Numbered from the stretch's first letter, positions 1 through 7,412 are shown. The stretch: DNA of 10,599 bases from Candidatus Undinarchaeota archaeon (GCA_964519305.1 CAZFHY010000021.1:50575-61173); one strand, 5' to 3'. The notes: generated by a model from the sequence alone, not told the origin. Program-made: numbers and translations.

Positions 1-235
1 GTGGCGGAGGTGGGAATGCTGGCGGTTTTACCTCGTCCTTCTTCTCCTCCTTGATAGGAGGCGGAGGTGGGAATGCTGGTGGCTTCACCTCGTCCTTCTT
101 CTCCTCCTTGATGGGTGGCGGAGGTGGGAATGCTGGCGGTTTTACCTCGTCCTTCTTCTCCTCCTTGATCGGCGATGGAGGGGGTGGGAATCCGGGTGGC
201 TTTACCTCGTCCTTCTTCTCTACCTCCTTCTTGAT
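1..235 (-). repeat. 57-bp (19-aa) coding tandem repeat, about 4 copies visible, probably continuing past the window edge
   Basis: The unit ggcggaggtgggaatgct starts at 3, 60 and 117, with a 60-bp variant at ~177. Differences are mostly synonymous in the minus frame (KEEKKDEVKPPAFPPPPPI). Confidence 0.9.
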
Positions 236-751
236 GGCGAACGGTGGTATGGGTGCCCCTGTGACGCCCTTACCCGGTGTGGGTGGCGGGAAGGCCGAAG
301 GCATGGTCGGTTTCATCACACCCTTCTCGGGGGCACCGGTCTCTTTGAGGCCCGAGCGGGGCGGGGGTGGTGGTGCGGGGGGGAATCCTCCGGGTGTTGA
401 CGGGGCTGTTTCCTTGTCCTCGTCCTTCTTCTCCTCGGCAGGTCCTTCCTCGGTCTTCTCTTCCTCGACTGGTCCTTCCTCGTCCTTCTTCTTGCCGAGA
501 CCGAGTGCGCCCTTTATCTTGGCGAAGAAGCCGACCTTCGGTGCTTCCTCCTCCTCTTCCACAATGACGGTGGGCGCGTCTGTCGGTGCCTTATCTGATG
601 GAGCATCCGAGGGCTCTTCTTTCAGAACTCCCTCGTCCTTCACGGGCGTGGAGGCCGCGCCGATCGGGGGCGTGATGTCCTTCTTCTCCGCATACGCTGG
701 CACCTTCTCCGGCGCAGGGCTGTCGTTCTTCGTGACCTCGGGTTCAACCAT
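2..751 (-). CDS. Low-complexity Pro/Glu/Lys-rich tandem-repeat protein, N-terminal ~250 aa (runs off the left edge of the window)
   Basis: Manual translation from ATG at 751 gives MVEPEVTKNDSPAPEKVPAYAEKKDITPPIG...EEEEEAPKVGFFAKIKGALGLGKKKDEEG...(IKEEKKDEVKPPAFPPPPP)n with no stop before the edge. An AGGTGG SD-like site lies at 764-759 and a TATA-like TTTTTATC at ~795-788. It is absent from the ORF track because it has no stop in the window; the 51..812 + ORF is its antisense shadow. Confidence 0.85.
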   Translation of the reverse strand, partial: MVEPEVTKNDSPAPEKVPAYAEKKDITPPIGAASTPVKDEGVLKEEPSDAPSDKAPTDAPTVIVEEEEEAPKVGFFAKIKGALGLGKKKDEEGPVEEEKTEEGPAEEKKDEDKETAPSTPGGFPPAPPPPPRSGLKETGAPEKGVMKPTMPSAFPPPTPGKGVTGAPIPPFAIKKEVEKKDEVKPPGFPPPPSPIKEEKKDEVKPPAFPPPPPIKEEKKDEVKPPAFPPPPPIKEEKKDEVKPPAFPPPP

Positions 752-816
752 AATCCTTCCACCTATGGTCGATAAAAGAGGCAAGATGATAAAAATCCAT
801 GCGCTCCTGTGAGCTC

Positions 817-1548
817 TCAGATGATGAGGGGGACGCGTTCCATGTACTCGGTGTACCCTTCGAGCTCCATCAGCTCCTTCTCCTCCGTCCGACATACACG
901 GATGTACCGGTAGATGAGGATGGGGGCCAATGTGACGGTGAGGATAGTAGGCCATCCGAGGATCCATCCGAGCAGCACGAGAATGAAACCGAGGTACTGG
1001 GGATTCCGTGAATATCGGTAGATGCCGCTAGTGACAAGGCCCCCGTCATGACCTTTGGAGTAGAGCGTGACCCATCCGACCGCGATTAAGAGCGCTCCGA
1101 TGACCATGAGGAGCGCACCATGGGCCATGGCGAACGTCATGCCGATGTTGACCCCTACTGGTGTCATTTCGACGACGATGGGCGCATGACCGATGGAATC
1201 CGCCTGGAATAGCTGTAGGGCCAGAAGGATGGTGAGCGGGATGCCGTACATCTCGATGAAGAGTGAAACGAAAAAGGCAGATACAAGGCCGTATTCACCC
1301 CAGTCCGCCTTCCGGCGGTATGAGAGGGGGATCAGGAAGGCGACGAAGAGGATTATGTTGAGCAACACGAAGTGCCATTCATCGGTCACTGCAACGGGAA
1401 GCACGTTTCCCGTAAAATGATCGTGGACGTGTGTGATTACATCGTCCAGGTGGGTGATCGGCCAGAGCAACAGGACAGCGAGCACGATGCGAGCAGGGAG
1501 GTTACGATATTTTCCCGGGTCTTCTGGCTCGTCCACCTTACTAGGCAT
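817..1548 (-). CDS. Isoprenylcysteine carboxyl methyltransferase / phospholipid methyltransferase (ICMT/PEMT) family membrane protein
   Basis: Several hydrophobic TM segments, the family motif LVTSGIYRYSRNPQYLG and a C-terminal EEKEL...YTEYMERVP. The true start may be GTG at 1536. Confidence 0.85.
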   Translation of the reverse strand: MPSKVDEPEDPGKYRNLPARIVLAVLLLWPITHLDDVITHVHDHFTGNVLPVAVTDEWHFVLLNIILFVAFLIPLSYRRKADWGEYGLVSAFFVSLFIEMYGIPLTILLALQLFQADSIGHAPIVVEMTPVGVNIGMTFAMAHGALLMVIGALLIAVGWVTLYSKGHDGGLVTSGIYRYSRNPQYLGFILVLLGWILGWPTILTVTLAPILIYRYIRVCRTEEKELMELEGYTEYMERVPLII

Positions 1549-1556
1549 CGGCGGCG

Positions 1557-1612
1557 TTTTTATAACCTTTCCCGATAGGCGGTCTGCGCGTGAAAAGGAA
1601 GTTTTATATATT
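1557..1612. promoter_or_regulatory. Divergent archaeal-type BRE/TATA promoters (minus: GAAAGG-TTATAAAA at ~1571-1558; plus: GGAAG-TTTTATATA at ~1597-1610)
   Basis: AT-rich TATA-like boxes with purine-rich BRE-like flanks, located between the divergent methyltransferase and dnaJ-clpB genes. Confidence 0.6.
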
Positions 1613-1658
1613 GCTTCGTCAATATAATGTTATAATTCAACAACAAAGATTGTTTACA

Positions 1659-1838
1659 ATGGATGTTCAACAACGAGGGGTTCCGGAGGGTACGGGCATG
1701 GGCGATACGCTGGATTGCACTCTAAATGGCGCGTTATGGCCTTCATGCATCGGCACCTGCACTGGGGCGACTCTCTCTCCTGATTGTTGCTGGTGTGAAG
1801 TTCTATTAACGAGCGTAGTGGACGGGGGTATCGATTAA
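1659..1838 (+). CDS. Possible small Cys-rich protein (59 aa) upstream of dnaJ
   Basis: ATG lies downstream of the plus-strand TATA. The peptide MDVQQRGVPEGTGMGDTLDCTLNGALWPSCIGTCTGATLSPDCCWCEVLLTSVVDGGID has 6 Cys, and its stop overlaps the dnaJ start (TAATG). No recognisable family. Confidence 0.3.
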   Translation: MDVQQRGVPEGTGMGDTLDCTLNGALWPSCIGTCTGATLSPDCCWCEVLLTSVVDGGID

Positions 1839-2833
1839 TGGTCGCGTACAAGGATTACTACACGATCCTGGGTGTGGACAGGAAAGCAACACGCAAAGAT
1901 ATCCATAAAGCTTTCCGGAAGCTGGCAAGAAAATATCATCCTGATGCCAACAAGTCACCTGACGCCGAAGATCGCTTCAAGGAGATCAACGAAGCGCACG
2001 ATGTCCTCCATGATCCTGAGAAGCGGAAGAGGTACGACGCGCTCGGTGCGAACTGGAAGAACGGACAGAACTTCACACCTCCTCCTGGCTGGGAGAACAT
2101 CCGTATGCACTTCGGTGGTGGTCCTGGGGGGATGGGGGGCATGGAGTTCGACCTCGGCGGTTCGGACTCAAGTGATTTTTTCGATATGCTCTTTGGTGGT
2201 AGTGGGTTCAGAGGATTCAGAAGCATGGGATTCGAACCTCGTGGTGGCATGGGCGGTGCTCGACCTCGACCACGTGAGACTGAAATCACCATTACGCTCG
2301 AGGAGGCGTTCAGTGGAACTAAGAAGCGCGTCGCTCTCGAGTCGATCGAGTACGGGCCTGACGGTCGTCCCCAGCGGAAGGTAAACACACTGGACGTCTC
2401 GATCCCTCAAGGTGTAAAAGAGGGCACGCGTATCCGCTTGTGCGGTAAGAACGGCTCTTCCTGCCCTACTGAAAGCGACATATATCTCCGCGTGCACATA
2501 TCGAAACACTCCGTGTTCGCAGTGGATGGCCGCGACCTCTCGATGGAGCTCCCCATCGCGCCCTGGGAGGCGGTCCTGGGGGGGAAGGTCGGTATCGGAA
2601 CGCTTGACGGAAATGCGATGGTGACCGTACCGAAGGGTTCGCGGAACGGCCAGCGGTTGCGCCTGCGTGGGCAGGGTCTTCATGATGGGAAGGGTGGCCG
2701 CGGTGATCTATATGCACGTATCCGTATCGAGGTGCCTCGCAAGGTGGCTGGCCGTGAGCGGGAACTTTTCGAGGAGCTAGCGGAGACATCTTCCTTCGAT
2801 CCGCGAAATGATTCGGGATCGGATTCATCATGA
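1838..2833 (+). CDS. cbpA: Class II DnaJ-family chaperone (CbpA / curved-DNA-binding protein type; J domain, G/F linker, C-terminal domain, no zinc finger)
   Basis: J domain KDYYTILGV...ARKYHPDANK...FKEINEAH with the HPD motif, a G/F-rich linker, and the DnaJ C-terminal motifs ITLEEAFSG, IAPWEAVLG and LRLRGQG..GDLY. No CxxCxGxG repeats. Confidence 0.9.
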   Translation: MVAYKDYYTILGVDRKATRKDIHKAFRKLARKYHPDANKSPDAEDRFKEINEAHDVLHDPEKRKRYDALGANWKNGQNFTPPPGWENIRMHFGGGPGGMGGMEFDLGGSDSSDFFDMLFGGSGFRGFRSMGFEPRGGMGGARPRPRETEITITLEEAFSGTKKRVALESIEYGPDGRPQRKVNTLDVSIPQGVKEGTRIRLCGKNGSSCPTESDIYLRVHISKHSVFAVDGRDLSMELPIAPWEAVLGGKVGIGTLDGNAMVTVPKGSRNGQRLRLRGQGLHDGKGGRGDLYARIRIEVPRKVAGRERELFEELAETSSFDPRNDSGSDSS

Positions 2834-2854
2834 TTGCAGCAAGGTGATGGGACA

Positions 2855-5485
2855 ATGGACCTTAATCGAATGACCCAACGATCACAGGAGGCGCTACAGA
2901 ACGCCAACACCACGGCCGTTCGCCTCGGCCATGTGGAAGTGGACGGTGAGCACCTGCTCCTGGCACTGCTGTCTCAAGATGATGGGCTCATCCCGCGCCT
3001 GTTCGAACGGATGCAGGTGGACGTCCCTGCTTTCCGCAACGAGCTCGAAGGTGAGCTGGGCCGTCGTCCAAAAGTGACTGGCACTGGGGGTGAGGCAGGT
3101 AAGGTGTACATCACCACACGTCTTAACCAGGCCCTGGTGAAGGCCGGGGATAAGGCTCGTAGCATGAATGATGAGTACGTTTCCGTTGAGCACCTCGTAC
3201 TGTCCCTTCTCGAGGAGGGGGCAAGTACGCCTGCCGGCAAGCTCTTCGATCAGTTCGGGATCACGCAGGAACGGTTCCTCGACACACTCACTACCGTGCG
3301 GGGTTGCCAGCGGGTGACCTCGGCGGATCCAGAGGGGACCTACGAGGCCCTCGCCCGGTACGGGAGGGACCTGGTGGCCGAGGCCCGGCTCAACCGCTTG
3401 GACCCTGTGATTGGCCGTGATGCTGAGATCCGTCGTGCGGTGCGTATACTATCACGGCGTACAAAGAACAATCCTGTTCTCATCGGCGAGCCCGGTACGG
3501 GCAAGACTGCCATCGTGGAGGGTCTGGCGCAGCGCATAGTGCGCGGTGATGTTCCCGAGGGGCTCAAGAACAAGAGCGTGTTCGCGCTAGACATGGGTGC
3601 GCTCATCGCCGGTGCCAAGTACCGGGGCGAGTTCGAAGAACGACTGAAGGCCGTGCTCAACGAGGTCAAGGAGAGCGAGGGCCAGATCCTACTCTTCATA
3701 GACGAGCTCCACACGATCGTCGGGACAGGTAAGGCCGAAGGTGCTATCGATGCCGGGAACATGCTAAAGCCTATGCTGGCTCGTGGCGAGCTCCATTGCA
3801 TCGGTGCCACGACCCTCGATGAGTACCGCAAGTACGTCGAGAAGGACAAGGCCCTTGAGCGGCGGTTCCAGACCGTTCTCGTGGACCAGCCCTCCGTGGA
3901 GGACTCGGTGTCCATCCTTCGGGGACTGAAAGGGAGATTCGAGGAACATCACGGTGTCAAGATACTGGACAACTCCCTGGTCGCGGCAGCAGTGCTCTCT
4001 AATCGTTACATATCGGACAGGTTCCTGCCCGACAAGGCCATCGATCTGGTGGATGAGGCCTGCGCAATGATCCGCACGGAGATCGATAGCGATCCTGCCG
4101 AGCTGGACGAGGTGACGCGTCGCAGGACCCAGTTGGAGATCGAGGAGACGGCTCTGGCCAAGGAGAAGGACGCGGCGAGCAAGGAGCGTCTGGGAATCCT
4201 TAGGAAGGAGCTTGCTGATCTCAAGGATCGGGAGGCGACTATGCGCGCTCAGCTGGAGTCGGAGAAGGATGCCATCCACGGCAGCCAGTCACTACGCTCC
4301 GAGATCGAGCGCACGAAGCGGGATATCGAACGAGCCGAGCGTGAGTACGATCTCCAGACGGCTGCGGAGCTAAAGTACGGGAGTCTTCCCAAGCTACAGG
4401 AACAGCTGACTGAAGAGGAAGAACGACTTGCTAAAGGGAACGGCGGCAAGCTCCTGCGAGAGGTGGTCACAGAGGAGGAGATAGCCCAGATAGTCTCGAA
4501 GTGGACTGGCGTCCCTGTGACGCGGCTCATGGAGGGTGAGCGTGAGAAACTACTGAAGCTGGATGAGGTGCTCCACCAGCGTGTCATTGGCCAGGACGAG
4601 GCTGTCCAGCGCGTGGCGGACGCAGTCATCCGGGCCCGGTCGGGTATCAAGGACCCGCAGCGTCCCATCGGTTCGTTTATCTTCCTAGGTCCGACAGGGG
4701 TAGGGAAGACCGAACTGGGTAGACGCCTGGCCGAGTCACTGTTCGACTCGGAAGACAACATGATCCGTATCGATATGAGCGAATACATGGAGCGTCATGC
4801 GGTCTCACGCCTCATCGGCGCACCTCCGGGTTATATCGGATATGATGAGGGCGGTCAGCTCACCGAAGCAGTGCGACGCAAACCATATGCTGTCATTCTT
4901 TTCGATGAGATCGAAAAGGCCCATCGTGATGTGTTCAATGTTCTTCTTCAGATCCTTGACGATGGGCGGCTCACTGACTCGCATGGGCGTACGGTGGACT
5001 TCAAGAACAGCATTATCATCATGACCTCAAACATCGGTTCTCAACTCCTTCTAGAGGGGATCACTGAGGGCGGATCCGTCCCTGATGATGTCCGTGCGAA
5101 CGTGATGAGTATGCTCATGGGCCACTTCCCGCCTGAGTTCCTGAACCGCGTGGACGAGACTGTGCTCTTCAAGTCATTGACGCGGGATGAGATCCGGCGA
5201 ATCGTGGACCTTCAAGTGGAGGATCTATCTGCCCGTTTGGCCGGGCGAAGAATGGTTCTTGAGTTGTCCGACGCGGCTCGCGACTTCATTGCCGAAGCTG
5301 GTTATGATCCTGTCTTCGGAGCACGCCCACTCAAGCGATATCTCCAACGGGAGGTCGAGACGCTCATCGCTCGGGTAATTCTTGCCGAGGCTGTCCCTGA
5401 CGGCTCGCGTGTGGTCGTGGATGTGGGTGATGAGGGGCTCACGGTCCGTCATGTATCCTCCGACGTGGGATCGGTCGTTCCGTAG
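2855..5485 (+). CDS. clpB: ATP-dependent disaggregase ClpB (Hsp100)
   Basis: Clp N domain, NBD1 ([40 protein letters not shown]), a long coiled-coil M domain and NBD2 ([33 protein letters not shown]). Start placed at ATG 2855 behind the AGGTGA SD at 2842-2847, rather than at TTG 2834. Confidence 0.97.
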   Translation: MDLNRMTQRSQEALQNANTTAVRLGHVEVDGEHLLLALLSQDDGLIPRLFERMQVDVPAFRNELEGELGRRPKVTGTGGEAGKVYITTRLNQALVKAGDKARSMNDEYVSVEHLVLSLLEEGASTPAGKLFDQFGITQERFLDTLTTVRGCQRVTSADPEGTYEALARYGRDLVAEARLNRLDPVIGRDAEIRRAVRILSRRTKNNPVLIGEPGTGKTAIVEGLAQRIVRGDVPEGLKNKSVFALDMGALIAGAKYRGEFEERLKAVLNEVKESEGQILLFIDELHTIVGTGKAEGAIDAGNMLKPMLARGELHCIGATTLDEYRKYVEKDKALERRFQTVLVDQPSVEDSVSILRGLKGRFEEHHGVKILDNSLVAAAVLSNRYISDRFLPDKAIDLVDEACAMIRTEIDSDPAELDEVTRRRTQLEIEETALAKEKDAASKERLGILRKELADLKDREATMRAQLESEKDAIHGSQSLRSEIERTKRDIERAEREYDLQTAAELKYGSLPKLQEQLTEEEERLAKGNGGKLLREVVTEEEIAQIVSKWTGVPVTRLMEGEREKLLKLDEVLHQRVIGQDEAVQRVADAVIRARSGIKDPQRPIGSFIFLGPTGVGKTELGRRLAESLFDSEDNMIRIDMSEYMERHAVSRLIGAPPGYIGYDEGGQLTEAVRRKPYAVILFDEIEKAHRDVFNVLLQILDDGRLTDSHGRTVDFKNSIIIMTSNIGSQLLLEGITEGGSVPDDVRANVMSMLMGHFPPEFLNRVDETVLFKSLTRDEIRRIVDLQVEDLSARLAGRRMVLELSDAARDFIAEAGYDPVFGARPLKRYLQREVETLIARVILAEAVPDGSRVVVDVGDEGLTVRHVSSDVGSVVP

Positions 5486-5546
5486 CGTTCTGGTACGCGA
5501 ACTACGAATCCCGGACAAGAACGGTCCACTTCCGAGTGGTCACGGA

Positions 5547-5569
5547 AATTTAATAACATTTATTAAGTT
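5547..5569. promoter_or_regulatory. TATA-like box embedded in an inverted repeat upstream of the wHTH gene
   Basis: TTAATAA-CAT-TTATTAA (5550-5566), extendable to 10-3-10 with one mismatch. Confidence 0.45.
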
Positions 5570-5671
5570 CAGAATCCACACGATCGACTGGGGTACGGAA
5601 CACCTATTTTGAGTGGGTGTTCAAAATGGCCGGACCGGGAACGCCGGCCAAGCGAGAGAGGGTACGAGAGA

Positions 5672-6046
5672 ATGTTGAGCAAATTGCGAGAGCTCTTATT
5701 CTTCACGGCTGAAGGGACCGTGGAGGAATGGGGAGAATCCCTCAACGAGGCACCGGGGGGCGAGATATACGAAGCCGCTGAAGACGCTCTTCCCGTCTCG
5801 AATCTGTGTGGGACTGAGGCAAAGGTGGCTGCTGTCGTCCTTCAGAGCCGAAAACCGATGACCTATGTGGAACTGTCGCGTAAAGTGGGGATGAAGGTCA
5901 GTCGTGTGCGTAAGGTATGTCGTGGGCTTGAGAACCGGGGACTCGTCTCCAAGAACGGATGGAAGGAGGTGCCTTTCGATCAACGCCGCCGCACTGTGTC
6001 GCCCACTGCGCGTCTAAGGGATGCTGAGGTCGCTGTCTGGTCCTAA
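5672..6046 (+). CDS. Winged helix-turn-helix DNA-binding protein (TrmB/MarR-like)
   Basis: LCGTEAKVAAVVLQSRKPMTYVELSRKVGMKVSRVRKVCRGLENRGLVSK fits the wHTH pattern. ATG at 5672 is preferred over TTG 5609, but the start is uncertain. Confidence 0.7.
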   Translation: MLSKLRELLFFTAEGTVEEWGESLNEAPGGEIYEAAEDALPVSNLCGTEAKVAAVVLQSRKPMTYVELSRKVGMKVSRVRKVCRGLENRGLVSKNGWKEVPFDQRRRTVSPTARLRDAEVAVWS

Positions 6047-6136
6047 GCTGTGTATGTCCTACGTCGCCTTTCAATAGAACCGGATATGCATGGACATCGG
6101 ATTCGATGACTTAGGCAGTGGTCGGGGGAGGATTAT

Positions 6137-6159
6137 CGGGAGGGGAACATCCCCTCCCG
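6137..6159. terminator. GC-rich hairpin just 3' of tRNA-Pro, between convergent genes
   Basis: Perfect 10-bp stem CGGGAGGGGA / TCCCCTCCCG with a 3-nt loop. Function is inferred. Confidence 0.5.
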
Positions 6160-6162
6160 TAG

Positions 6163-6237
6163 TGGGGCCGACGAGATTTGAACTCATGTCGCCGGATCCC
6201 GAACCCGGAAGGATGGACCAAGCTACCCTACGGCCCC
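6163..6237 (-). tRNA. tRNA-Pro (anticodon CGG), intronless, CCA not encoded
   Basis: The reverse complement GGGGCCG TA GGGTAGCTTGGTCCATCC TT CCGGG TTCGGGA TCCGG CGAC ATGAG TTCAAAT CTCGT CGGCCCC A folds as a cloverleaf. A TATA-like TTTTTAAAA lies upstream at 6285-6277. Confidence 0.95.
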
Positions 6238-6289
6238 TCTAGTTCTCATGGAACTTTCACGTGGAGTTTCTGCAAGTTTTAAAAAGGGA

Positions 6290-7200
6290 CCGATATCGAC
6301 TGATGACGAACAATTCGACAATTGTCGAGTTTATATGAAAACAAATAAAATCGTCAAATGACGTAATAAATGGGAATGTGAATTCTGGACATTTAACGTT
6401 AGGGTTCACGTATTGCGTTTTTCCTCAATTTGATGGTTTTTGCGCTCAAATCCTTCGAGCAGCCTGATCTTGGGCTCATTGGGTGTGGAGTTGTTCTCAT
6501 GTATTATAATGGTGTCATATTTTTCGGTTGGAAACTGGTGATGGGCTGCGTAGAGTCCCGTATATGTTGTTAAGCGTGGGGAATGGCGGGCAAATGTAAT
6601 GAAGGCTGATTATATTTAGTGATGTAAAGAATAGTTGCATAATTGGGGGTATAATTAGTAATACAGCAGGGTAAGTGCGTTATATAATATACTCTGTAAA
6701 GTATTTGTCTAATATAATTAATGGATGTCTTTGCGTATGACATACTACTAATCAGCGCTTAATATTAATAATAACCGGGATTGCAACTAAAATACAGGAC
6801 TGTTATAAAAAAAACAAATATAAAGCACTCAAATAAGGATACAGCATGTAAATAGTGCTATTGAACGGAATATAAGGGAATATATAAGCAATAATCAAAA
6901 AACCGTAAATATATGGAGTAATACATATAAAACATGCAATAAATATGTAGTATAATGTATACAAGGATATGAATCGAAAATAAGACAAAATAAAGAGAAA
7001 AAAAAGAACAATAAAAGTAACAACAAGATACTTTACGTAATAAGGGAAAAAACCAAGATTTATGGCATAAGGGTATGAAATAAGGTAGAAATGACGTTAA
7101 AAACGCTTGTTGCGGACCGCACACTGACCCAAAAACATGGTTTTCTCAAGCATATAGCTGATAAAATGGGTGCGTTTTGTTGATAATTACGGCATCCAAC
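6290..7200. other. Long AT-rich non-coding region with ~10-bp periodicity (possible replication origin or DNA-architecture element)
   Basis: Far more AT-rich than the flanking genes, with no credible ORF. G/C clusters recur about every 10 bp over at least 6826-7105. Confidence 0.55.
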
Positions 7201-7216
7201 GAAATCTTTTTAAGTA
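7201..7216 (+). promoter_or_regulatory. BRE/TATA promoter of the ftsZ transcript
   Basis: GAAATC-TTTTTAAG. The expected TSS near 7235-7240 coincides with the start of the structured leader. Confidence 0.6.
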
Positions 7217-7239
7217 ATTACTCGACATAGAAAAAATCA

Positions 7240-7371
7240 CCCGTTGCAAGGGTTGTGTACCCCACTTCCTTGCTTCGCCCAATGGATCAAAGTCCACTCC
7301 CTGGGCAGCGCATGACGGTGGTCATGCGGGTCATGAGTCCAAACTAGACCGACCCATAAGGCGAGAACGGG
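7240..7371 (+). ncRNA. Candidate structured 5' leader / cis-regulatory RNA upstream of ftsZ
   Basis: Nested stems: CCCGTT/AACGGG, GCAAGG/CCTTGC, TTCGCC/GGCGAG, TGGA/TCCA, TGGG/CCCA, CGCATGAC/GTCATGCG and GGTC/GACC. Confidence 0.5.
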
Positions 7372-7412
7372 AACAATGGAACAAGTGATGAACAAGAAGG
7401 GGTTGGGATATA

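Noticed and set aside
1-235. Tandem repeat as a CRISPR array
   Set aside because: The units are contiguous with no unique spacers, are multiples of 3 in length and vary at synonymous positions; no cas genes are present.
51-812. 253-aa Gly/Ser/Phe-rich plus-strand ORF
   Set aside because: Antisense shadow of the minus-strand Pro/Glu/Lys protein, which has the ATG, SD and TATA signals.
1715-1742. CIRCE (HrcA operator)-like half site TTGCACTC upstream of dnaJ-clpB
   Set aside because: The second arm GAGTGCTAA after a 9-nt spacer is missing.
1872-5612. Numerous overlapping or antisense ORFs within dnaJ and clpB (and likewise within ftsZ and dNK)
   Set aside because: Expected shadow ORFs of GC-rich coding DNA overlapping well-supported genes.
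1590-6163. Integrative element inserted at the tRNA-Pro 3' end carrying dnaJ-clpB
   Set aside because: No integrase or transposase and no duplicated tRNA 3' end (att site) is visible in the window; it cannot be excluded beyond the edge.
6803-7124. Short Phe/Tyr/Ile-rich minus-strand ORFs (6803..6988, 6858..7124)
   Set aside because: Their composition simply reflects the A-rich non-coding strand, codon usage is unlike the real genes, and there are no start signals.
7329-7355. Hammerhead ribozyme resemblance (ATGAGTCCAAACTAGAC)
   Set aside because: The catalytic core CUGANGA and GAAA elements are absent.
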